From positions 1 through 63,641 of the IMG/VR virus record IMGVR_UViG_3300032311_000461: DNA of 63,641 nt. One strand, 5' to 3'. Source of the stretch: a virus. Its lineage: Duplodnaviria > Caudoviricetes. The number at the start of each line of letters is the position of its first letter. The first letter of the stretch is position 1. This document shows, piece by piece, positions 44,354 through 52,713 of this stretch. A program made the translations under genes and the position numbers. The notes under the pieces were generated by a model, which worked only from the letters and a program-made list of their open reading frames with translations, did not search any database and was not told the origin of the DNA.

Positions 44354-44841
44354 GCTATGTGCCTCCAGCATTTCCCAGTTGCAATGCGGCTGATGGCTGA
44401 CTGACGAACTCCGTACACTTTGGCAATCGAAAGCTGTGGAAAACCAAGTTCGATAGCCCTGCGAATACAGCGAACGTCTTCAGCACTCAGCTTGCAGACC
44501 CCATCACGCCCCTTGTTGTGCATATCCTTTACGTTGTCCTTCGCCGTGCCAGCAAAAAGGTGCAGGTGGTTGCAGCAAACCGGGTTGTCACAGTGGTGGC
44601 AGACGTAAAGCCCATCTGGAACTGTGCCGTAGTGATGCTCGTAGGCAACCCTGTGGGTGCTGTACAGCTTCGCGTTGCCTTCGTATCGGCTCCCAACGCG
44701 AATGTTGCCGTACCCGTCCCCGCTGCAACCACCTGTCCACTCAAGGCACGGTGATCCATCCCATGCGTTGATGATGCTGGTCACGCACTTCCGCATGACT
44801 CGCTCGTAAGCTGGGATTGGAGTTGGCCCCTTCTTCCTCAT
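44350..44841 (-). CDS. HNH endonuclease with C-terminal HTH
   Basis: CLEWTG..GYG..THRVAY..VCHHCDNPVCCNHLHLF.GT..DN..DM..KGR. Confidence 0.9.
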   Translation of the reverse strand: MRKKGPTPIPAYERVMRKCVTSIINAWDGSPCLEWTGGCSGDGYGNIRVGSRYEGNAKLYSTHRVAYEHHYGTVPDGLYVCHHCDNPVCCNHLHLFAGTAKDNVKDMHNKGRDGVCKLSAEDVRCIRRAIELGFPQLSIAKVYGVRQSAISRIATGKCWRHIA

Positions 44842-45059
44842 GCGTCACCTCCTTGCCGATCTCGCTCCTCACGTTCTGCCTGCGCTTGAAGGGCCCCATA
44901 TTTTTTCACAAGCTCTTCACGCAGAATTACATACTCGGGCGGCGCGTCGATGCCGATGCGGACAGCACCACCGCTCGACACGTTGGTCACCGTGATCCTG
45001 ATGCCGCCCGGTTCGATCACGATGGTCTGATTCACTCGTCTGCCTAGCACCAACATCAC
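44838..45059 (-). CDS. csrA: Carbon storage regulator CsrA/RsmA-family RNA-binding protein
   Basis: MLVLGRRVNQTIVI...VRIGIDAP..YVILREEL. Confidence 0.9.
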   Translation of the reverse strand: MMLVLGRRVNQTIVIEPGGIRITVTNVSSGGAVRIGIDAPPEYVILREELVKKYGALQAQAEREERDRQGGDA

Positions 45060-45610
45060 TCACCTCCGTGTTTGATTGGCTCAATCCCAAGCACCGCATC
45101 CAACACAGCCGACTTCTTCGATGGGCGACCGCGCCTCTTCTTCACTGCAACATCAGGCTGGCTGCCTGTTGCAGGTCTGTGTCCCTCTTCTGTGCGAACC
45201 TCCCCACCCACCGCTGGCCCCACTCCCGCTCCGACCATTGGGACTGCACGAACTTGATCCTCTCCGTTAGGTCCGGCGGGACCGGACGCATCTTTCCGCT
45301 GCGGGCTGACCGGGTGTACTGCGTGTACTGACTCCGCAGTTCGTGCTGCCTGAGGTGCGGCAGCCGCTTCTTGACTTCCAGAAAAGACAGCCCCTCCGAC
45401 ACCAGTTCCGCCAACAGCAACTCGTCCTCGTCCGTCATGTCCCGGTATCCCACGAAAGAAGTCCTCCGCTTGGTTGTCGAGTGCCCGCTGCATAGTCCTG
45501 AGTTCCGCAAACAGGAGCGGCAGCACCTTCATCAGCACGTTGGGCAAGTCATTGAGGCTGGCCTTGCAGAGGTAACCCTCAAGCTGGTCGATGTCGCTCT
45601 GACTAAGCAC
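45056..45610 (-). CDS. Hypothetical protein with disordered middle and KKRRGRPSKK
   Basis: GGAGGAGG SD, coupled to both neighbours. Confidence 0.6.
   Translation of the reverse strand: MLSQSDIDQLEGYLCKASLNDLPNVLMKVLPLLFAELRTMQRALDNQAEDFFRGIPGHDGRGRVAVGGTGVGGAVFSGSQEAAAAPQAARTAESVHAVHPVSPQRKDASGPAGPNGEDQVRAVPMVGAGVGPAVGGEVRTEEGHRPATGSQPDVAVKKRRGRPSKKSAVLDAVLGIEPIKHGGE
45142..45438 (-). CDS. Nested alternative-frame ORF (98 aa)
   Basis: MTDEDELLLAELVSEGLSFLEVKKRL...LTERIKFVQSQWSEREW reads as a globular helical protein. Confidence 0.5.
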   Translation of the reverse strand: MTDEDELLLAELVSEGLSFLEVKKRLPHLRQHELRSQYTQYTRSARSGKMRPVPPDLTERIKFVQSQWSEREWGQRWVGRFAQKRDTDLQQAASLMLQ

Positions 45611-46298
45611 TGGCCACCTCCTCCTCCTTGGGAAGCAGTTGCCCGAACTGGCGGCGCAGCTTGGTGATCTCGTCAGCCGTCAGGTCGCCGCTCTCGGCAA
45701 GGCTCTCGGCCTGAGCGAAGACCTTTGCAAGCTCGGCGGGCAGCTTGACCAGCGTCTTGCACTTGGCTTCCACCCTCTTGAACAGGTCGTTCTTGGGTGC
45801 AGGGGCAGGGGCAGGGTCCTTCTCCTTGGCCACCTCGGCGTTGACCTGAGAGTGAGCCTCTTCGGCTTGCTCCAAGTCTTCGGCACCAACGCTCCAGCCA
45901 CCGGCAAGCTGGAGGAACAACTGCTTCTTCGTGTAGGTGGACGCAGCCTCAAGGGACTGGTTGTCCTCACGCCTGTTACCATTTTTGTCGATCATGTCCC
46001 GCATCGGGAGAAGGCAGGACACCCACTCGCCCGTGTTGTGAACAAGCCTGCCGACCATGACCAACTCGGAGCCCATGTACCCAGTCTGGAACAGCGGCAT
46101 GGGGAAGCCATGCTTGTTCAAGGCAGGGAGCAAGGCCACGCAGATGTCGCCCAGAGTTGAATAGTCAAACTTGCCGTACTCGTTGCGGCCCGTCTTCCTG
46201 ATCGGCTTGTACTCCATCTGTGCCTTTGCCAACGCAGTTACTAACTGCTTGGTTTCCGGGGAAGAAGTTACGCCGCGAATGTAGTTGTCGATCTCCAT
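45603..46298 (-). CDS. ERF-family single-strand annealing protein
   Basis: ALAKAQ..PI.K...N...FDYSTL...LVHNTGEW...QSLEAASTY. Confidence 0.85.
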   Translation of the reverse strand: MEIDNYIRGVTSSPETKQLVTALAKAQMEYKPIRKTGRNEYGKFDYSTLGDICVALLPALNKHGFPMPLFQTGYMGSELVMVGRLVHNTGEWVSCLLPMRDMIDKNGNRREDNQSLEAASTYTKKQLFLQLAGGWSVGAEDLEQAEEAHSQVNAEVAKEKDPAPAPAPKNDLFKRVEAKCKTLVKLPAELAKVFAQAESLAESGDLTADEITKLRRQFGQLLPKEEEVASA

Positions 46299-46315
46299 GT
46301 GTTACTCCTTTGTTA

Positions 46316-47188
46316 CTATTCGACTGTGAAGAAAGACCGATCCCCAAACCCGGGCATAGTCAATTCGTTGACTTTGCCGTAACCGTCCTCAAGCCAATCA
46401 CCCGTCGCACGGCGACGGGCAATGTCGGTGAGCAGTTCGTCAAGCCGCCGCCTCGCCCAGTCCATGTAGACCGGGGGCAACGTGACCACCTGCGTGAGAT
46501 AGGGATGCACCGTCTGAGTGACGATGAAGTGCATGGGTGGCTCGGCCAACCCGCTGACCACTGCCCCCTGTTCGTAGAGGGCGGCACTGATTCCGTACCC
46601 GTAAGCCCTTACGGATCGGGACCAGTCCTTGAGAATGTTCTTCTCGCTGGTGGTCTTGTAGTCGCCTAACTGTCCGTTGTTGCCAACGAAGTCAGGGCGG
46701 CAGCGGACCATCACCCCAGCCGTGGACTCCCAGCGGATGCTGGCTTCCCGATGGAGGATGTCCTCTTCAAGCTCGACTGCCTTGGGGTTCAGGCCAAAGC
46801 GGTCCTGCATCTTCCCAAGAATTTCCCCCATCTCGGGGGACAGGATGATGGCATCCGGGGACAGGGTGGCCAGCCAGTCCTTGGTTGCCTTTTTTGTTGA
46901 CAACCCCCTAGATGCGGTACAATGTTCTTCAGGGGCAGTGACCGCCCGCTCCGAGAACTGGTCGTAACCAATCTCTCGGAGTGTATGCCAAACTCTTCCT
47001 AGCTGGAGGGCTGCCGACTTGGAGTCGGACATCCACCCCATCTCCACCGCGTCATGGAAGACGGTGGCTGACTCTGCCAGTCTGATCTGGGTAGAGCCGA
47101 CATGAGCCAGATCACTGTGATAGGTAGTGATCGGCTCGTCGTAGAGAACTGAAAAGCGGGCGACACCATGGACAGAGGGCTCGGTCAT
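46316..47188 (-). CDS. RecE/exonuclease VIII-like PD-(D/E)XK nuclease (DUF3799-like)
   Basis: YH...GR.WH...RCRPD...DYKTT...YGY..SAALY. Confidence 0.85.
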   Translation of the reverse strand: MTEPSVHGVARFSVLYDEPITTYHSDLAHVGSTQIRLAESATVFHDAVEMGWMSDSKSAALQLGRVWHTLREIGYDQFSERAVTAPEEHCTASRGLSTKKATKDWLATLSPDAIILSPEMGEILGKMQDRFGLNPKAVELEEDILHREASIRWESTAGVMVRCRPDFVGNNGQLGDYKTTSEKNILKDWSRSVRAYGYGISAALYEQGAVVSGLAEPPMHFIVTQTVHPYLTQVVTLPPVYMDWARRRLDELLTDIARRRATGDWLEDGYGKVNELTMPGFGDRSFFTVE

Positions 47189-47937
47189 GCCGCCACCCCC
47201 TTCCCCATTTCTTGGGTCAGGGCAGTGAACAGAACCAAGGCTTCCGGCTGGATGGTGTCGCCCTTGGTGGCGTTCTCCTCAAACCACAGGGGTTGCAGGT
47301 TTCTGAAGTTATTGGCTGCGAGGAACTGGGTGCGGTCTGTCAGGTCTGCCGCAGCCAGCGGGTACAGGTGGTCTATGCACCACTTCCCCGGGCCGTTTCC
47401 CCAGTTCCCCCATGTCATCCCGGGCTTGAACTGGGACTCCAGCCAGCCCTTCAGGAACTCGCCAGTGCATCCAAGGTCGCGGACGGCAGAGCCAGCCTTC
47501 AGCCCAAGGGTTACTGCATCGCTGACGCGGCTGCGAAGGTACTTCCTGAGCCTGTACTGGATGTCTGCATCACGACGCTCACGCTCACGGCAAGCGCGCT
47601 TGACCTTGGACTCTGGCTTGGCCTTGTACCGGCGGTCAGCCTCTCGCCTCTTCTGTCGGCTGGCTGGAGCGGATGACCACTTGGCGTCCCGCTCTCGACT
47701 CTTGGCCCTCTGGTCAGGCCGCGACGAGAGCCGCCGCATGTATAGGAGATATGCCGCCCACTCTTCGGGGGTGGCCTCTGACTTCTTCTTGTTGCATTTC
47801 CGGGGGGCTACCCCCTGTGCAATGAAGAACTTGACCGATTCGTCAAAAGCGGGCGAGGGGAATCGAACCCCTGCCACTAGCTTGGGAAGCTCCGGGCCGT
47901 CATGACCGGCAGCGTCCGCAGAACTGGAGTAATCCAT
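47185..47937 (-). CDS. HNH endonuclease (WxIDH..P...NLQPLW type), start uncertain
   Basis: LGCTGEFLKGWLESQFKPGMTWGNW...WCIDHLYPL...NLQPLWFEENATKG. Confidence 0.8.
   Translation of the reverse strand: MDYSSSADAAGHDGPELPKLVAGVRFPSPAFDESVKFFIAQGVAPRKCNKKKSEATPEEWAAYLLYMRRLSSRPDQRAKSRERDAKWSSAPASRQKRREADRRYKAKPESKVKRACRERERRDADIQYRLRKYLRSRVSDAVTLGLKAGSAVRDLGCTGEFLKGWLESQFKPGMTWGNWGNGPGKWCIDHLYPLAAADLTDRTQFLAANNFRNLQPLWFEENATKGDTIQPEALVLFTALTQEMGKGVAA
47848..47919 (-). other. Putative attP: tRNA-Gly(CCC)-like sequence with intact 3' half and degenerate 5' half
   Basis: AGC-TTCCCAA-GCTAG-TGGC-AGGGG-TTCGATT-CCCCT-CGCCCGC-T, 170 bp from the integrase start. Confidence 0.75.
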
Positions 47938-48088
47938 GAGGGTCAACAATCCTTTGTTTTCTGCGGGAAAAGCGAGGGGCAACGCACCCCCCCAAAATGC
48001 GTCCTTAACTAGAGGGGGCGGTGGCAAACCCCCCACTGCGTGGCACGGTTGGCCAAGCAACTTGAATGACACTCAACTGAGGGGAGCC

Positions 48089-48910
48089 ATGCCTCTGACT
48101 GCTGTTGTGGATGAGTACGTTGATAGCCGTGACCTGTGTCACAATTATCGACGGCACCTAATGCGAACCGCTGAGATGCTTGAAGCATCGGGCATAACCT
48201 CCGTGGCCGACTTGACTCCTCAACGGGTCACCCGTTGGCTCGACTCTCTTGCGGTCAGTAAGACCACGAAGTCGAACTACCGTCGCCAAGCCCTCACGAT
48301 TATTCGTGCTGCGCTCGGTCCCCGTTGTGCAGATTTTATCGAAGGAGTCAGGCGTGTCAAGCACTCGGTTCCGCCGCCGGTTGCGTGGACGAGAGAAGAG
48401 TTGTCGAGGTTGCTGCACGTTGCCCGCCACCTCCCCGGCAAGCTGCAATGCGGATGCCCGGTCCACGTTTTCTTCACAGCTTGGGTGCTTGCAGGGTACT
48501 CCTGTGGGCTGCGGTTCAGTGACCTGTTGAACCTGAGGTGCAGTCAGATCAGGGATGGGCGGCTCTATACGATCCAGCACAAGACGGGGGACTCCTTGGT
48601 TCAGGTGCTGCCCCACGAATGCGTGGATGCCCTCAACGAACTGATGGAGCTATCCCCGGACGGCAGGGTCTTCCGCTGGGCCCTGTCGGAGAAGTGGCTG
48701 CGGATCAGGTGGGACCGCATGGTGGCGGCAGCGAAGCTCACAGGCACCTGCAAGTGGATGCGGCGCACGGGGGCCACTTGGGTTGAGGCTACCCAGCCCG
48801 GGAGTTCCAGCCGATTCCTTGGGCATCGGAGCCCTGAACTGGCCATGAAGCATTATGTGGACCGGACGCTCCTGCCCAACTCCTGCCCCATGCCCCCGCC
48901 CATCCGTTAA
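48089..48910 (+). CDS. int: Tyrosine recombinase / integrase
   Basis: GLRFSDL, KTG, KWMRRT (HxxR position), LGH, HY; GGGGAG SD. Confidence 0.9.
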   Translation: MPLTAVVDEYVDSRDLCHNYRRHLMRTAEMLEASGITSVADLTPQRVTRWLDSLAVSKTTKSNYRRQALTIIRAALGPRCADFIEGVRRVKHSVPPPVAWTREELSRLLHVARHLPGKLQCGCPVHVFFTAWVLAGYSCGLRFSDLLNLRCSQIRDGRLYTIQHKTGDSLVQVLPHECVDALNELMELSPDGRVFRWALSEKWLRIRWDRMVAAAKLTGTCKWMRRTGATWVEATQPGSSSRFLGHRSPELAMKHYVDRTLLPNSCPMPPPIR

Positions 48911-51900
48911 AGGAGGAAGGGGTTGCCCAGATCGCCAACTGACTGGGCTTGGGCTTTCTTGGCCTTCCTCGCCTCTTGCCGCATCTGCCGGTCGAGCCGG
49001 TAGAGAAGGACATCCTCGGGGTTGGCGTATGGCAACAACTCCTCGGGAATGTACTTGGACTCAAATTTCTTGATTGCTGGTGAGTCGGAGAGCATATCCC
49101 CCAGTTCCCGGCTGGCATCCATCCTCGCCGCATCCTCGGAGATGTTGGTCACCTTCATCCCGGTGAGGGTATTGAAGGCATTCTGGCCCAGCCGCGCCGA
49201 CAAGTCCGGCACCCGCTCATCGTCCATCAATCGGTTGAGCAACTGGAGGGCCCGGGGTGCGTGGGGCACGAAGTCGAACAGCATATTGCTGCCTTTGAGC
49301 AAGCTGTCGGTGGTGGTGTAGGGGTCCACTCCAAGCTCTCGCCCAATCTTTTGTATGGTCGGCTCAAATTCCGCCATGCTCTTGCCGGTGTGCAGGTTCC
49401 GGCCTGACAGTAGCTCCACCCCGTCCCTGATGATGGGGTGCATGAGTTGGCTGGTGGTGTCGAGGAACGTGTTGTATGCGGAGTCCCCGTATTTGACGCT
49501 CCCATCCAAGCCCTGCTTGACGTTGATCATGTTGATCAGCGAGGAACCCGGCACATCGAAGGAGTTGATGAAGCTGTTGACCCCTTCGGTCTTGGGTGCC
49601 AGCGCGTCGATGGCACTGCCCAGCCCGGGAACATCTCTCAGCCCCTCAAGCGAGAAGCCGATGCTCTCTTTGATTTGCTTGGGGATGTAGCTGTCATCAG
49701 GGTTGTCGAGGCTGGTGCCCTTGGTCAGAGCATCCGGCCCTCTCAGAGCAACCTGTGTGTAGGGACCGCCGGGACGCTCAAACATCTTGGCAGCCACCCA
49801 CGCACCAGTCCTACTGGAGTAACTCCAGAAGGGTATGAAGCTCTTCACGAACCGTTGCTCAAACCTTGTTAGTGAACCGAAGTCCACCTGACTCGCCGCA
49901 GTTCTACGCGCCGCCTCTTGCGGACTCACCCCCTGAAGAAGGAGGGCTGCGTAACCGCCAAGTCGATTGATGCTGTCGGTAGCGTCACCTTGCTTGGCAC
50001 CCCACCGCAGGATCGGGTCAGTCAGTTGACGATCACCGATGTATTCGCTGAAGGACTCTCCGACTGGGATGCCCATGCCCCGCTTGGTGGCAGCCACACC
50101 CGGGATGTCATTGGCAAAGTTGGTGGTGGCACCAACGAATCTCCTGAGCGGAGCCATGACCTGTGCAGTGAGTGGATTGAGTTCGGAGTAGGGAGCGTAT
50201 CGCGGGCTGAGAGGCATCCTGCCCCGCAGTGCATCACCCAACTGATAGCCCACGGTGGTGACAGGTCGTGCCCCGGGAAGAGCGGAGTCGAGGATGGTTT
50301 CGCCAGTCTGGCTTCCAGTCCACCGGGCACCAACGTCTTCGATGCGGCGACCGCTCAACACACCAGATGCACCAAGCTCGTCCCTGAATGCAGCTACGGC
50401 AGCGTCTACTCCTTGGCTTTGAGCTACAGCCCTATACCTCGGCATCTTGACAACCATTGCCTCAAGCCGCTGGAACTGACCCTGCATCAAATACTTTGCA
50501 GTGGAGTAGCCATTGATCAGGTCTACCGGATTGCCCACCTCAATGAAGTTGCTGATCGCTCCTGAATAGCGGTCCCTCACAAATCGACTTGGAAAACTGA
50601 GGACCGATGACTTCCAAAGGTTGGTGAGATCGTCCATAAATTTGCCCATCACACCCTGCACCTCGGGCTGGGCGTAATAGTCAGCGATGCGGTTGAATCT
50701 CTGCACCAACCGCTGGTCAATCGACACGTTGGCGAGGTCATCCATTTCGATAGGTGGCTGACCAGCCGCCGCCAGTCGAGCATTGATCCGCTCTAGCACC
50801 TGATGCTTGGCACCGATAGCGTTGGCAACAGGGGGCAGGCCGGATGCAAGCTGGGGGGTAGCTGGAGCCGGTCCAGTTGGCACACCCTGACTGTTACGGG
50901 GCAGGTTCTGGGGGCCATAAGGAACCCCCGGAACTGGGCCTTGTTGCGGAAGGGATGGGGTCCGCAGGTCAAGCTGTTGGAGCGTCCGGTTCATGGAGTC
51001 ATGGCGACCACCCGGCACGTTCAGGTAGTTGTCATGGACTGCGGATGCACCCAGTGCGTCATACATGACACGGGCACGTTCAATCGCACGTTCCCGGCCA
51101 CGCACATAGCGGGCGGCATCCTCAGTGAAGTGCTGATCGAACAGCCCCCGCCCAGAATCCCGGGCTTGCTGGGTCATGGAGCGGATGTCGCGGGCCAGCT
51201 TGACGGCATGGGCCCGGGAGTAGGTGGGCTGCCCCGGCTGCACCATCCCGTTGATCGTGTTGTAGATGTGATCCGCAGCCAGCCCGTCATTGGCGGCATT
51301 GAGAACACGGGCATCCCGGGACAGGTCATTGATCGTCTGAGTGCCACCGGGAACGGAATAGGCGGCATCGCGGGCGATCTGATCACCCGTCATCACGCTC
51401 CAGTCTTTCCCCTTGCCGCCCATCTGGGGCAGGCCAGTGCGGTCGAACACTCCCTTGTCCACGCCACGGGGGAAATACTCTGTGCCGTATGTGTCCCGTA
51501 GCTCACCGTCACCCAGACCCGCACGGCGGCTGCGGTCGAGGTACTCATTGGCAGTCTGCTTCCACTGAGTGACGAAGCTGTCGAGGTTGTTGCTGGTGAC
51601 GAGTGCTTGGTCGGCAGCACTGGCAGTGCCCTCGACTACATTCCGCACCGCATTGGAGATGGCAGGGTTGCCAAAGACTGCGGGGGATCGCTCCTGCAAC
51701 TCCCGCAGCATCTGGGTGTTTCGCAGGCCAGCCCGCACATCGGCAGCCCTCTCTCCACGCCGCATACTCTTGGCGAAAATCTGGTCACCCTCGTCCACCG
51801 CACCAACCACCTCGTCACCAAACATGGTGGACATGGAGACAAGGTGGCGACCGGGGCCGGACCAACGAACGGCTTGACCAGTTCTGTCAAGGAGGGCGGC

Positions 51901-52710
51901 AGACCGGGCACCACCCAACGCATCGGGAATCTGCCCCGCTATGGACCCACCCAGAAACTTGGGAAGAGCAATGCCAACATCGTTGTAGAGCCTGTCTCCA
52001 GCTACCTCATCGAAGCTCGTCTTGTAGTTCTTCTGGAGCCATTGCTCGACCCCTTCCCGTGCGGCAGTGGGATCAGCCTGAGCATCCACCAATTCCCTGA
52101 GGGTGGTGTTCCTGCCAGCCGTTCTCTTCCCAATGATCGGGCGGGAGAGAAGGTCATCGTCTGTGAGCCGGTCGAGCCCGTGATTGAAGTTCTCTTGGAG
52201 GGAGCGGGTGGCATTCCTCGCGTAACCAAAGTCACCAAGCTCATCGATGTTGCGGACACCACCGGCAAGGTCATCCGCCAGCCGCCGCCCAGCCACACGG
52301 GTAACGTCATCCGCCAGCCCCGCAGCCTTGGCCGCAAGGGATGCCTTGCTGGCAGCACCACCGCCAAACGTCACAAGGTTGAGGGGATCGGTGCCGATGC
52401 CCAGACCAAGCTCTGCCAGCGGTCGGCCCCACCCACCAAGAGCATCCTCGCTGGGACGCATCCCAAAGTCTTCAAGCGTGTCGCCCGGGGAGGAGAACGT
52501 CCCGATGGGCTGCCCTCTGGCAATGTCCAGAATGGTGGCACCGGGGATGTTGATGAGGTCTAGCAGCTTGCTGACCGTAGGGCGGGTGCCACGGGTCAGC
52601 TTCTCCAGAGCCTCGTCCCTCTGCCAAGCTGGGAGTGCAGACGTAGCGGGCTTGTCATCCGGCAAAAACGGATTGCTGCCCGCATCCATGAATGGATCAC
52701 GCCAAGGCAT
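48907..52710 (-). CDS. Large internal virion (ejection) protein
   Basis: 1267 aa; TDPLNLV, VDFGSLTRFEQRFVKSFIPFWSY motif typical of podovirus internal/large polyvalent proteins. Confidence 0.65.
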   Translation of the reverse strand: MPWRDPFMDAGSNPFLPDDKPATSALPAWQRDEALEKLTRGTRPTVSKLLDLINIPGATILDIARGQPIGTFSSPGDTLEDFGMRPSEDALGGWGRPLAELGLGIGTDPLNLVTFGGGAASKASLAAKAAGLADDVTRVAGRRLADDLAGGVRNIDELGDFGYARNATRSLQENFNHGLDRLTDDDLLSRPIIGKRTAGRNTTLRELVDAQADPTAAREGVEQWLQKNYKTSFDEVAGDRLYNDVGIALPKFLGGSIAGQIPDALGGARSAALLDRTGQAVRWSGPGRHLVSMSTMFGDEVVGAVDEGDQIFAKSMRRGERAADVRAGLRNTQMLRELQERSPAVFGNPAISNAVRNVVEGTASAADQALVTSNNLDSFVTQWKQTANEYLDRSRRAGLGDGELRDTYGTEYFPRGVDKGVFDRTGLPQMGGKGKDWSVMTGDQIARDAAYSVPGGTQTINDLSRDARVLNAANDGLAADHIYNTINGMVQPGQPTYSRAHAVKLARDIRSMTQQARDSGRGLFDQHFTEDAARYVRGRERAIERARVMYDALGASAVHDNYLNVPGGRHDSMNRTLQQLDLRTPSLPQQGPVPGVPYGPQNLPRNSQGVPTGPAPATPQLASGLPPVANAIGAKHQVLERINARLAAAGQPPIEMDDLANVSIDQRLVQRFNRIADYYAQPEVQGVMGKFMDDLTNLWKSSVLSFPSRFVRDRYSGAISNFIEVGNPVDLINGYSTAKYLMQGQFQRLEAMVVKMPRYRAVAQSQGVDAAVAAFRDELGASGVLSGRRIEDVGARWTGSQTGETILDSALPGARPVTTVGYQLGDALRGRMPLSPRYAPYSELNPLTAQVMAPLRRFVGATTNFANDIPGVAATKRGMGIPVGESFSEYIGDRQLTDPILRWGAKQGDATDSINRLGGYAALLLQGVSPQEAARRTAASQVDFGSLTRFEQRFVKSFIPFWSYSSRTGAWVAAKMFERPGGPYTQVALRGPDALTKGTSLDNPDDSYIPKQIKESIGFSLEGLRDVPGLGSAIDALAPKTEGVNSFINSFDVPGSSLINMINVKQGLDGSVKYGDSAYNTFLDTTSQLMHPIIRDGVELLSGRNLHTGKSMAEFEPTIQKIGRELGVDPYTTTDSLLKGSNMLFDFVPHAPRALQLLNRLMDDERVPDLSARLGQNAFNTLTGMKVTNISEDAARMDASRELGDMLSDSPAIKKFESKYIPEELLPYANPEDVLLYRLDRQMRQEARKAKKAQAQSVGDLGNPFLL

Positions 52711-52713
52711 TGA

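Noticed and set aside
47703-47714. Ninth TGGCCCTCTGGT box
   Set aside because: Inside the HNH CDS on the opposite strand with no upstream 7-bp hairpin; may be chance
47848-47919. Functional tRNA-Gly gene
   Set aside because: A-C mismatch in the acceptor stem, no U8/A14 or D-loop GG, and a 3-bp anticodon stem; better read as attP or pseudo-tRNA
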